A program made the position numbers and the translations under genes. A DNA stretch of 64,000 bases from Lytechinus pictus (lineage: Eukaryota), in the NCBI RefSeq assembly GCF_037042905.1, contig NC_087246.1:3412001-3476000 (forward strand), written 5' to 3'. A model generated the notes under the pieces. That model made no database searches. It was not told the origin of the DNA and worked only from the letters and a program-made list of their open reading frames with translations. Below are positions 52,930 to 64,000 of this stretch, piece after piece (within the stretch, counting starts at the first letter, position 1; each line of letters opens with the position of its first letter).

Positions 52930-52964
52930 ATGCCCCTTTCAACGTGTGCAAGTTGCGGGGGAAG
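52930..52964 (+). CDS. Gene 2, 35-nt exon (MPLSTCASCGG-R if coding; may be 5' UTR)
   Basis: ttaccag|ATG ... AAG|gtgaat; phase 2 joins the open frame of the next exon. Confidence 0.4.
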
Positions 52965-53110
52965 GTGAATATAAATCATTTAGTTTTTATTTCTTCAGTT
53001 TAGCTTGTGTAATTCTTTACATGATAACGTTTCTAACGTTTCTAAAATTATATTGTAGTGACTGTAATGAATTTTCCCATTTGTTTACGTGTTGTTACAC
53101 ACAGTCACAG

Positions 53111-53249
53111 GTGTCCCGAATTGGACTGTGCAAGTGCAGTTAGAATGGAAAATACAGCTCAACTTGTGGCAGTCTGTCCCCCGGGATCAGAGAATATTTA
53201 TCAATATTTGAGAAGACAGATGCCTCTTACAACAGAAGGCAATACTACG
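53111..53249 (+). CDS. Gene 2 exon, unknown protein (CPELDCASAVRMENTAQLVAVCPPGSENIYQYLRRQMPLTTEGNTT)
   Basis: cacag| acceptor, ACG|gtaagt donor, one open frame ending in phase 0; alternative start ATG at 53145. Confidence 0.6.
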
Positions 53250-53322
53250 GTAAGTTGATTTCCTTGAAAATGCACTTTCCAATTAATATGATTATGACTG
53301 AGTGAGGTGTCATGCAGTTAAC

Positions 53323-53842
53323 GTATGATGGGGGGACCTAAAGCTACGCACTTAGTTTTCAAACTATAAAAACTATCCCAATTTTAATATTTCAACAAAT
53401 ATCTTTCACTAATCTGTGGCAAACATTCTAAAGATCATTAACCAAGAAGAAAATATCGCAAAACTCACTAATACGAAAATCCCGCCATGTTTTCCGAACA
53501 CCTCTTGATTTCGCCACCCGATGTAGAAGGGGTCCTAAAGCTACGCACTCGATTTATCATGCAAAAAAATAGTATTTCCTGTGCCTCAATTTCTAAAATA
53601 TATTCATATTATTATAGGAAAAATGAAATTTAAGCGAATATAACTCCAAAATTCCAAACAGTTGTTGGTTTCTCTGCATTTAGAGATTTACTGCAGCCTA
53701 TGTAGAAAAAATTGAATAGGAATCGTTCGTCACTCTGCAGTCACAGTTCCACACACAGAGTGCGCATTTGCCATAAAAACTGTATGCGCGATGAGTGGTG
53801 CGTAGCTTTAGGACCCGCGCAGCTTTAGGACCCCCTGCCATA
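53323..53842. mobile_element. MITE with TATG...CATA termini
   Basis: TATGATGGGGGGACCTAAAGCTACGC / GCGCAGCTTTAGGACCCCCTGCCATA with internal repeats of CCTAAAGCTACGCAC. Confidence 0.65.
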
Positions 53843-55479
53843 CAGACGTATCAAGTCGGAAGTGAGCTGTGCAGGCCCACTCACTAATACGAGGTTAGTA
53901 TGTATATTACTAACCTCGTACAAGGGACCATGTTTGACCCTGGATTTCGAAGTAGGCCTAGTCGGCAAACTTCGCTTCATTGCTGAAGTAATATTTGCCG
54001 AAACTCTTTCTCGCTACGCACCGGGGCTCTTTCCGTTAGGATGGGGGGTTGGGTGTCCGGACACGTAACAGAAATGAAGCCTTGTTTTTATCTCAGGAAT
54101 AAACCAAAAATATAGGTTGAATAGTTTTTTTTCACCATCAATATTTGTTCTTTATAATATTTTCTTATATTCTGTGCTAAAAAGAATTAAAGACATTGCT
54201 TGTAAACTTTTCAAAATTGAGAGTAAAAGTCATGTGTCCGGACACCCAACCCGTCCGGACACACAACCACTGGGTATAAGTAGCAATAGCCAATACATTA
54301 AAAAATTATATGAAGTAATTTCATTACAAAAAGAGCAAATTTCACTTACCTCGGCCTAGCAAGTGACTTCGTTTGTCTCTTCTACGGAAATACAAGGAAG
54401 CCCGTTGGTGGCGCTAATAAATTTCACAACCTTGATTCAGCTCCTCGGTAATTTTATAACTGTGTCTAAATTCTTCGAATGCGCAATTCTTATGATTAAT
54501 TTACTAATTATGGGCACCAATAAATGAAATACCTTCAAAAACATAATTCAAGATTACTATTGGCGATGATAACACTTTTTTGCAATTAATTTAAAACGAT
54601 GACTAATAAAAAAAAATGAAAAAAATACACATGCCTGGAACGAAACCAGCAGTACAAGCTTTAACGAACGTCAAATAATACGGCACTATACCAAAGTCTA
54701 TACAATAAAAAGATTGGACACTTCACGGACTTCGCGTAATGCCTTGCGTCGATTTGCGTGCAAAATAGTATAGGTGCCTAGTCTTTCCCTTGTCGTGTCT
54801 TTGTTATGAATATAAATCGCGCGCCCTCTTCAGGCGAATATTGATATCCACGCTGACCAATTTTTATCTCCGTGAAATCTTCACTAAAGATCAAGAAAAT
54901 ATACATATTAAAAAAAAAAAACTTCAAGGAGAAGTCACGGAAGGATCTAAATGATTCGGTAAGTGTCATAGTAGAATGTGAAATACCAGATTATGCGTGA
55001 TATTTTATGTGGGCAAAAGCCCAGTATATTTGGATGTGTCGTGTGTGTCGCGTGCATATGACTGATATTCCTTCGCACGCGAGACGATATGAACCCATGG
55101 GTGGTGCAGGCCCAGCCTTTGCAGCGGTCACTTCACTTCAGCAAGTTCAGGCCTCAGACATGCCTATTCTTTTGTGCGATAATCTAACGTTAGTGGTGGG
55201 CGACAGGATGAAAAAAATGTTAATGTTTCAAATCACAGAGAGGACCAGCTCCTTATGATAAATGCACATGGATGCAGTTTGTGCTCGAGCATTTTTACAC
55301 CTTTTTTATTTTGAGGGGTGCCCCCCCCAAAAAAAAAGATTTTGGGGCAAAAAGGTAGTTGACCGGACCCCACCCATTTATCTCACAAATTCTCAGCTTC
55401 TGCATAAACTATTTTAATGATATTTGCATGAATTTCTATGTTATTTTGGACAAGGAATTCATTTTTTAACAAACAGATG

Positions 55480-56557
55480 TAGGCAAGTTCCCCCAAGTCT
55501 GCGCAGTCCCCCTTGTCTGCGCATACGCGTATCTGCATGATTCTAGTAAAAGGAGATACGCAGTGAACACAAACTTTATACATGCAATACATAGACAGAT
55601 ATTCATTAAAAAATCTGATTCAAAATGGTGGAAAAGTAATGAATGTTGGGCATTTCTCGTGACGGCCTCAAAAATGCAGCCTTTCTCATAAAAATCCCCA
55701 AACTGTGTGCAAAGTGAATGGGTGCGCAGACATGGGGCACCATTTTTTGTTCTAAAGATCTGAAAATGAATGCCCAAGGTTTTTTCCAAGAAAATATTAT
55801 GTTTTTTCAAATTTTTATGAGATATTTGGCAGACTAACTCATAATGATGTAAGGAACATTATCAACTGAAAGATTTTGTGAAATAAAAAAATTCATGTTA
55901 AATCTTAACTCAAATCCTATAATAAATGCTGTCTTTGTCTGCGCAGGGCCCCTTGTCTTTGCATACGCATATTTGCATGATTCTAGCAAAAGAAGATAGG
56001 CAATGACCACAGACTTTACATGTGCAATACATACATTGTAGAAAGATATTCATTAAAAAATCTGACTCAAAATGGTGGAAAAACAATGATTTTTGGGCAT
56101 TTCATGTGACGAACTCAAAATGCAGCCTTTTTCATGACAATTCCTGAATTCATGTGTAAAGTGAAAAGATGCGCAGGCATGGGGCACCATTGTTTTGTTC
56201 AATCTGAAAATGACTGGCAGAGGTTTTTGGCACACATACTCAAAAGAATACAATATCAACTGAAAATTTTCTTGAAATTAAAGAAAAATCATGATATGGC
56301 AAGTTTCCCCAAGTTTGTGCAGTCCCCCTTTTCTGCGCACATGCGTATCTGCACGATTCTGGTAAAAGAAGATGGCAACGAACACAGACTTTACACATGC
56401 AATACATAGATATTTGTTGAAAAATCTTGCTCAAAATGGTGGAAAAATAATGAATTTTGGGCATTTCATGGGATGGCCTCAAGATGCAGCCTTTCTCATC
56501 AAATTTCTTGAATCATGTGCAAAGTGTATAGGTGCGCAGACATGGGGTACCATTTTT
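55480..56557. repeat. Diverged tandem repeat, about three units of ~380-450 bp
   Basis: Variants of GCGCAGTCCCCCTTGTCTGCGCATACGC...CAAAATGGTGGAAAA...GCGCAGACATGGGGCACCATT recur at ~55500, 55940 and 56318. Confidence 0.75.
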
Positions 56558-57560
56558 TTAATACCCGTCCTAGACGGGACGTATTCTGGTATCACGCTCG
56601 GTGTCCGTCCATTAATTTTTCCTTGTAAATGCGATAACTTCAGTTTAACTTAACCTAGGCTCATATAATGTGGTGTGTATGATACTAGCATGAATCTCAG
56701 GAAGCCTAACAATTTTTAGGTCAAAAGGTCAAAGGTCAAGATCACATTGACATGTTTTCATCTTACCGTTCTGCATTCCTTGTAAACGCGATAACTTCAG
56801 TTTAATTTAACCTAGGCTTATATATAATTTGGTGTGAATAATACTGGCATGGATCCTAGGAAGCCTATCGATTTTGAGGTCAAAAGGTCAAAGTCACAGT
56901 GACATATTTTAATCTTACCCTTCTGCAGTCCTCGTAAACGCGATAACTTCAGTTTAACTTAACCTAGGCTCATATAATGTGGTGTGTATGATACTAGCAT
57001 AAATCTCAGGAAGCCTAATGATTTTGAGGTCAAAAGGTCAAAGGTCAAGATCACATTGACATGTTTTCATCTTACCGTTCTGCATTCCTTGTAAACGCGA
57101 TAACTTCAGTTTTTGAAACTTAACCTAGGCTTATATAATTTGGTGTGTATAATACTAGCTTGGATCCCAGGAAGCCTATTGATTTTGAGGTCCATAGGTC
57201 AAGGTCACAGTGACATGTTTTCATCTTACCCTTCTGAAGTCCTTGTAACGTGATAACTTTAGTTTTACGTAACCTAGGCTCATATAATTTTGTGTGTATG
57301 ATACTAGCATGGATCCCAGGAAGCCTATTGATTTTGAGGTCAAAAGGTCAAGATCACAGTGACATGTTTTCATATTACCCTTCTAAAATCCTTGTTAGTG
57401 CGATAACTTTAGTTGAATTTAACCTAGAGGCTCGTATAATTCGGTGTGTATGATACTAGCATAGATCCTAGCAATTCTATTGATTTTGAGGTCAGAAGGT
57501 CAAAGGTAAGTCGCCATCTTCCACTTTTCTTGCTTCACCAATGGCTCCATTTTTCACCTT
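56555..57560 (+). mobile_element. Helentron/DINE-1-like element with six ~152-157-bp units
   Basis: T-run, then AATACCCGTC-CTA-GACGGGACGTATT hairpin; units start at GCGATAACTTCAG or variants (56631, 56788, 56940, 57096, 57250, 57400). Confidence 0.65.
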
Positions 57561-58021
57561 AGCGACACTCTTGTTCCTATATTAAACCTCCTGACTCTCA
57601 CTTGTCATTTTTTGGTCCACCGGTCTTTGAGTCAAGAGATGACAAATCCCATGAGTGAGATGAAATCATTATCGTGTAAAGGGGTTTGCAAGTATATTCA
57701 TGCAACTAAAGGCAAGACTACATTATATTTTGGGGGTAAATCTGGCATTGTTACATATTTACCCGAAAAATTGCTATGTAAAATTTTGTTCTAAAAGATG
57801 ATCGCACAAAATTATTTTAGTAAGAGTTATCCCTAACAAGTTTTATCAACCATTGGAAAGGTCTCAATTTAAAGAGTTGAAATACGCATGTTATTTTCCT
57901 TTAGGGTGTAAAGATTTTCTGATTCTAAGATTCATTGTGAAGTAAATTTTTTCGCAATTTTCCACATATTTTGACCTTTTACTTCTTATGACATTACCCT
58001 ATGCCTTTTCTGATAGCATTT

Positions 58022-58968
58022 TTGTCTCACCTGCATAGCAGAGTGAGACTATAGGCGCCGCTTTTCCGACGGCGGCGGCGGCGTCAACACCAAATCTTAA
58101 CCTGAGGTTAAGTTTTTGAAATGACAGCATAACTTAGAAAGTATATGGACCTAGTTCATGAAACTTGGCCATAAGGTTAATCAAGTATTACTGAACATCC
58201 TGCCTGAGTTTCATGTCACATGACCAAGGTCAAAGGTCATTTAGGGTCAATGAACTTAGACCATGTTGGGGGAATCAACATCAAAATCTTAACCTAAGGT
58301 TAAGTTTTTGAAATGTCATCATAAATTAGAAAATATATGGACCTAGTTCATGAAACTTATACATAAGGTTAATCAAGTATCACTGAACATCCTGCATGAG
58401 TTTCACGACACATGACCAAGGTCAAAGGTCATTTAGGGTCAATGAACTTTGGCCGAATTGGGGGTATCTGTTGAATTACCATCATAACTTTGAAAGTTTA
58501 TGGATCTGATTCATGAAACTTGGACATAATAGTAATCAAGTATTACTGAACATCCTGTGCAAGTTTCAGGTCACATGATCAAGGTCAAAGGTCATTTAGG
58601 GTCAATGAACTTTGGCCAAATTGGGGTATTTGTTGAATTACAGCCATAAATTTGAAAGTGTGTTGGTCTAGTTTATAAAACTTGGACATAAGAGTAATCA
58701 AGTATCACTGAACATCCTGTGCGAGTTTCAGGTCACATGATCAAGGTCAAAGGTCATGTAAGGTCAAAGAACTTTGGCCATGTTGGGGGTATTTGTTGAA
58801 TTGCCATCATATCTCTATAAGTGTATTGGTCTAATTCATAAAACGTGGAAATACGAGTAACCAAGTATCACTGAACATCTTGTGCGAGTTATAGTAGTTT
58901 TCAAAATCAGCACTGCTGCTATATTGAATCGCGTGATGCAGGTGAGACGGCCAGAGGCATTCCACTTG
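58022..58968 (+). mobile_element. Helentron/DINE-1-like element with ~162-bp units
   Basis: 5' subTIR GTCTCACCTGCAT, short IR GTGAGAC, (GGC)n, tandem core, 3' ATGCAGGTGAGAC ... CACTTGT; T-rich flanks with no TSD. Confidence 0.8.
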
Positions 58969-59888
58969 TTGAATTCTTCATACAATTTCCTTTCAGAATA
59001 TATATTGGTATACCGTATAGGATGTCAAACATAAGAAATATATCAAATTGTAAAACGGTGGGGGAAATTTGAGTTGTAATGGAAATGGGCCAAACTTAAA
59101 ACACATGGCCATAAAACTAATTCATGAAATGTGGACAAAAGGGTAATCAAGTAATACTGATTGTCTTGCATGAGTCTTAGGTCACATGATCTAGGTCAAA
59201 GGTCATTTTGGGTCATTGAACAAAGCATTTTATTATAAATGGTGTGTTTTGTGACTTATTATTCAATAGACCTACTTTTTTCTTACGTAATGCAGGTGTG
59301 ACTGCCAGAGGCATTCCACTTGTTACTAAATAAAAAGAGAGTGTTTGTTCAGACCAACTTTAGTTTCCACCAATTGAGGGCCCATGCACAAAAATTAATG
59401 CTCAAAATGAGATTACTTGAGTGCTCTGGTGAATAAATCAAATATGATCACCAAGTTAATAATGCAATTGCAAAAAAAATCATAACTGATAATTGATTTG
59501 TATATGCAATGGGTCCTAACTGAGGACAAGTTATACCATAACCTTGTACATTGGATGAGTGAAACATGGGGGGCCCCTTCATTTGGGGGACTTGCATTCA
59601 TATGATTCATAAACTTACCTTCTATTGTACTGCACACAAAGCAGACCCATATTGCTGCCCCCTCCCCAAAAAAGAATATTACAGGGGCAATGCAAAATCC
59701 ATGATTGTAATTGATACTTCAAAAATTCCTTATGACCCTTGCTAATTTTAAACTCCAAAAGATCAATGGGGTCATTCTGTGTCAAATCACCAAAAAATTT
59801 GTAAAACATATTTGGTAAAGAGAGTAATTAAATCAAAATTAGGAGTGTGCTATAAATGGGTGTTTTTGGTTTTACTTTGGCAACAGTT

Positions 59889-61065
59889 TTTGTCTCGCCT
59901 GCATAGCAGAGCGAGACTATAGGCGCCGCTTTTCCGACGGCGGCGGCGGCGTCAACATCAAATCTTAACCTAAGGTTAAGTTTTTGAAATGACATCATAA
60001 CTTAGAAAGTGTATGGACCTAGTTCATGAAACTTGGATATAAGGTTAATCAAGTATTACTGAACATCCTGCCTGAGTTTCAGGTCACATGACTAAGGTCA
60101 AAGGTCATTTATGGTCAATGAACTTAGACCATGTTGGGAGAATTATTTTCAAAATCTTAACCGAAGGTTAAGTTTTTGAAATGACATCACTTAAAAAGTA
60201 TATGGACCTAGTTCATGAAACTTAAGCATAAGGTTAATCAAGTATTAGTGAACATCCTGCACCAGTTTCAGGTTACATGACCAAGGTCAAAGGTCATTTA
60301 GGGTCAATGAACTTTGGTCAAGTTGGGGGTATTTTTTGAATTACTATCATAACTTTGAAAATTTATGGATCTAGTTCATGAAACTTGGACATAAGGTTAA
60401 TCAAGTATTAGTGAACATCCTTCCTGAGTTTCAGGTCACATGACCAAGTTCAAAGGTCATTTAGGGTCAATGAATTTTGGCCAAGTTGGGGGTATTTGTT
60501 GAACTACCTTCATAACTTTGAAAATTTATGGATCTAGTTCATGAAACTTACACATTAGGTTAATCAAGTACCACTGAATATTCTGTGCGAGTTTCAGGTC
60601 ACATGACCATGGTCAATGGTCATTTAAGGTCAATGAACTTTGGCCGTGTTGGGGGTCTTTGTTAAATTACCATCCTAACTCTGAAGTTTATGGATCTATT
60701 TCATAAAACTTGGGATATAAGAGTAATCAAGTATCACTGAACATCCCCTGTGAGTTTCAGGTCAAAGGTCAGTTAAGGTCAAAGGTCAGTTAAGGTCAAT
60801 AAACGTAGGCCATGTTGAGGTAATTGTTGAATTGCCATCATAACTTTGAAAGTTTATGGATAGAGTGAATGAAATGTGGACATGGGTGTAGTTGACAAGT
60901 CTTAAGTCACCGTTCAAATGTCATCTATGGTCAATGAACGTGGTATTATGTCATTATATGAATGGTGTTTTTGTGAATGATTATTTTATAGTAGTTTTCA
61001 AAGTTAGCACTGCTGCTATATTAAATCGCGTAATGCAGGCGAGACTGCCAGAGGCGTTCCACTTG
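59889..61065 (+). mobile_element. Helentron/DINE-1-like element, same family
   Basis: GTCTCGCCTGCAT ... ATGCAGGCGAGAC; compensatory A/G and T/C changes in all three inverted motifs relative to the 58022 copy; 3' fragments also at ~59090-59323 and ~62320-62405. Confidence 0.8.
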
Positions 61066-63412
61066 TTTTGTGTTCCTTTTACCTTATCTCAACATGAAAT
61101 GACAATATTTTTTGTCTCGGGTCCAAGAAAAAAGTGTGCAGGGCCAAAATCCAAAATGGCCGCCAAAACCCCAAAATCACATTTTTGGCCACAACTTTTT
61201 TATTTGGTGGTCTTTTTCTCTGGTTTGGTGTCTATTCATATGTTTTGGGGGCAAGTAATTTGTTTTCCTAAAATTAGTACTTGTAAATTATTATTTGTAG
61301 AGTTATAGAGTGATTTTACTTAAATTTACCAATCTTTAAAGCCTTTTTTCAGCCAGAAAGTAGGTTTCATCATCTTGTGGTTCTTGGATATTAGGTGATA
61401 CCAGTTGAACAGTAGCAAGCAGCTTATATTGCTATATTGCTTTTACATGTATTCCCTCTAAATTGGAATTTAAGGATATTTGCAAAATATATCTTATCAA
61501 ATAAAAGAAAATGTCATTTATCCATAGGGGCTATAGGATATACAATGTACTGTACATGTACATACTACACTGCATATATCCATGCATTGACCACCATGAC
61601 ATATGACAAGGCCTGTATCTTTAGTGTAATAGAAATGAGCTCCTGAGGTTAATAGAATAAGATTTGTGAATTTGATTGCTTGTCAGCTGATGTACATGAT
61701 GAAACCGGATGTAACAAAAATTGCACATAAATATCACATGTCATGTCATATACATGTACATGTAGCTACAACACATTTTTAGTCTTATCTTCTTCATTTG
61801 GATGTGTTTTTTTTTAACCTGGTTGTGGTGTCTAATCGGCCTATGTTTATGGGGTCAGTTAACTATCATGGTAACACTGATCAACAGCCAATCAGAATCA
61901 AGGATTCCATGCAAGTCACCATTGGATGGCACACACAGCAGACCCTGATTGCTGCCCCCTCCCCAAAAAAGAATATTCCAGAGGCAATGCAAAATCCATG
62001 ATTGTAATTGATGCTTCCAAAATTCCTTATGACCCTTGCTAATTTTTAACTCCAAAAGATCAATGGGGTCATTCTGTGTTAAATCCCCGAAAAATTTGTA
62101 AAGATTAAATGGCACCGACTCCAAATTTGCTCATATTTGGTAAAGAGAGTAATTAACATCATAAATTAAAAGCCAAAATTTTCATTTTTAGCGCTGTGTG
62201 CCTTATGGTTTTTGTGCTATGACACGCCCTTTTTAGTTTCTTAGTTAAGGTGAATTATCTTAGGAATTTATTATCAAATGAACATATTTTTACTCTTTCC
62301 TTGAAAACATTATTCAGCTTATATGGTGGTGTTTTCAAAGTCAGCACTTCTGCTATATTAAATTGTGTGAGGCAAGCAAGACTGCAAGAGGCGATCTACT
62401 TGTTGTTAAATAAGTATCCACCATTATGTCCCCTTAAAAATCATGTCAATAAAGAATCACTCTCTTATTAACCCTATAGCACCTACAGATTATATGCATA
62501 ATGGCAATCTCTCACTAGAGGAAACAATAAAACTGGTAATTCGTAGGCATTGTTTCAAACAAATTGAAACAGTTTTTTATCGATTTACTTTTGTTCGTTA
62601 CAAGTTATATTTATTTTGTAGCATAGGACCTGTTGAATAGAATGGTACATGGCAAAGTTCAATCAGATGTACGAATATTGACCTTTGACAATCGTTTGCA
62701 GAGCGAGAAGAAAAAAAAGCAGAAGTTCAGGTTTCAGCCGCCCCAGTCCCACGCCTTCAAAAAAATGTAAAGTATCATCACTGACAGAATACTAAATTTT
62801 TCGCCAAATCTGGGATAAAATATGTCAAAATTTAATTCCAACTCACATCTGAATGTCACTCTGTGTGATATCCAACGTTTTGATGGACGTATAGTAACGC
62901 CCGAGCTTCTTCGGCGGAGTAAGTGGTTTTCCGAGACATGGACGCCGCCATCTTTGCTGAGATCGACTGCGCAACAGTCTGGAACTTGCTACACACCGAT
63001 GCGTGTCAATCGGTTTTTCTCTATTATACTCAATAGGAGCATGTACACTTTTCTATGCAGATCTGTATAGCAGCCAACCTATACAGTATGCACACGCAAT
63101 ATTACCACGGTAAATCATATACAAGAGATACTATAGCACAAATAAAACGTACCGGCGGTTAAGGGCGGTTCAGTGTGTAACAGGATGGGCGGTCTCGGGC
63201 GGTTCAGGGGCTATTTGGTTAATGTGTCAATGAGACTGTCACTGTCTACACCAGGCATGAACCATGGCTAAGAAAAGATTACTTTGCAAGAGATCTTTTG
63301 ATTTGATCATTTGATGTATATAGTAACCGTATTAAATTTGATGTGATGAGGCGTTCAATCTGTTAAAGAGTTCAATTTAAATTGGAGATTTGGATTCATT
63401 GTCTTTCTTCAG

Positions 63413-63514
63413 ATGGTAGTGGAACTTCCTGACTTAGAACCGCCATTATCAGCCTGCAACCATTCCAAAGGACAGAGCAAGAACCAACATGCTGTCATTG
63501 ATAGTTTCCGTCAG
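63413..63514 (+). CDS. Gene 2 exon, unknown protein (MVVELPDLEPPLSACNHSKGQSKNQHAVIDSFRQ)
   Basis: gtctttcttcag| acceptor, CAG|gtaggt donor, 102 nt open in phase 0-0, compatible with the exon ending at 53249. Confidence 0.65.
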
Positions 63515-64000
63515 GTAGGTTCATAATGCATGCTTCAGCAATTGTTCATCTGTGAGCCATTTCTGCACAGGCAACTATTTCAGCTCTTGCATTCTACTGT
63601 TGTTTTTTGTTTTTTTGTTCTCATAAAATTTCTATGATGAACAGTGTACTTCAAGAGTGATAGTTGAACTTGAAACAATCAGGAACTGTGCTAGTAAAAC
63701 CTTGTGTTATTTACTTTTAGCGTCCTTTTGGGTGATTTTGTTGCTCTTACCGGGTAATTTTAGCATGTTATTAGAGATGTCTAATTTTGCATTCCCTATA
63801 AGCTCAGTATCTATGAAACAATCAAATTTAATTCAGATATTGGCATGGCTGGTCATTTTGGTCATTTACTGAACAAATATTTTATTACAGGTTTACAGCA
63901 CACTGACATTTATTCTTTTTCTTTCATGTCAACCAAGTTTTCATTTCATTGAATTAAAGTGATATTCAATTTTTAGGCCATAATTCACAAAGGTGGTTTG

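Noticed and set aside
59640..62155. Similar ~200-bp blocks at ~59640-59830 and ~61935-62155 as duplicated exons
   Set aside because: No consistent splice sites or shared open frame; more likely fragments of a dispersed repeat.

Overview
AT-rich, intron-containing animal genomic DNA. The repeat landscape looks sea-urchin-like, but that is inference. Main contents: (1) The last three coding exons of a selenoprotein M gene (+). It has an in-frame UGA in a CSGU motif, a U12-type minor-spliceosome intron, a C-terminal KREL and a type-II SECIS about 1.5 kb into the 3' UTR. (2) About 480 bp past the probable poly(A) signal, a 26.2-kb foldback structure (14151-40362) with TATGGGGCGCC termini, sitting in a poly-C run. 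Each arm carries a mirrored, decayed 3-exon THAP zinc-finger/DHSY/coiled-coil gene pointing inward, plus arm-specific insertions. One of these is a 2.7-kb element with a 9-bp TSD, built from about 45 copies of a perfect 18-bp palindrome. (3) Many MITEs (Kolobok-, piggyBac-, hAT-, Harbinger- and MULE-like), Helentron/DINE-1-like tandem-repeat elements, and a frameshifted CR1/L2-group LINE nested in a DNA element. (4) The 5' exons of a second, unidentified spliced gene (+). Almost all entries in the supplied ORF track are spurious. All alignments were done by eye, so identities and copy counts are estimates.
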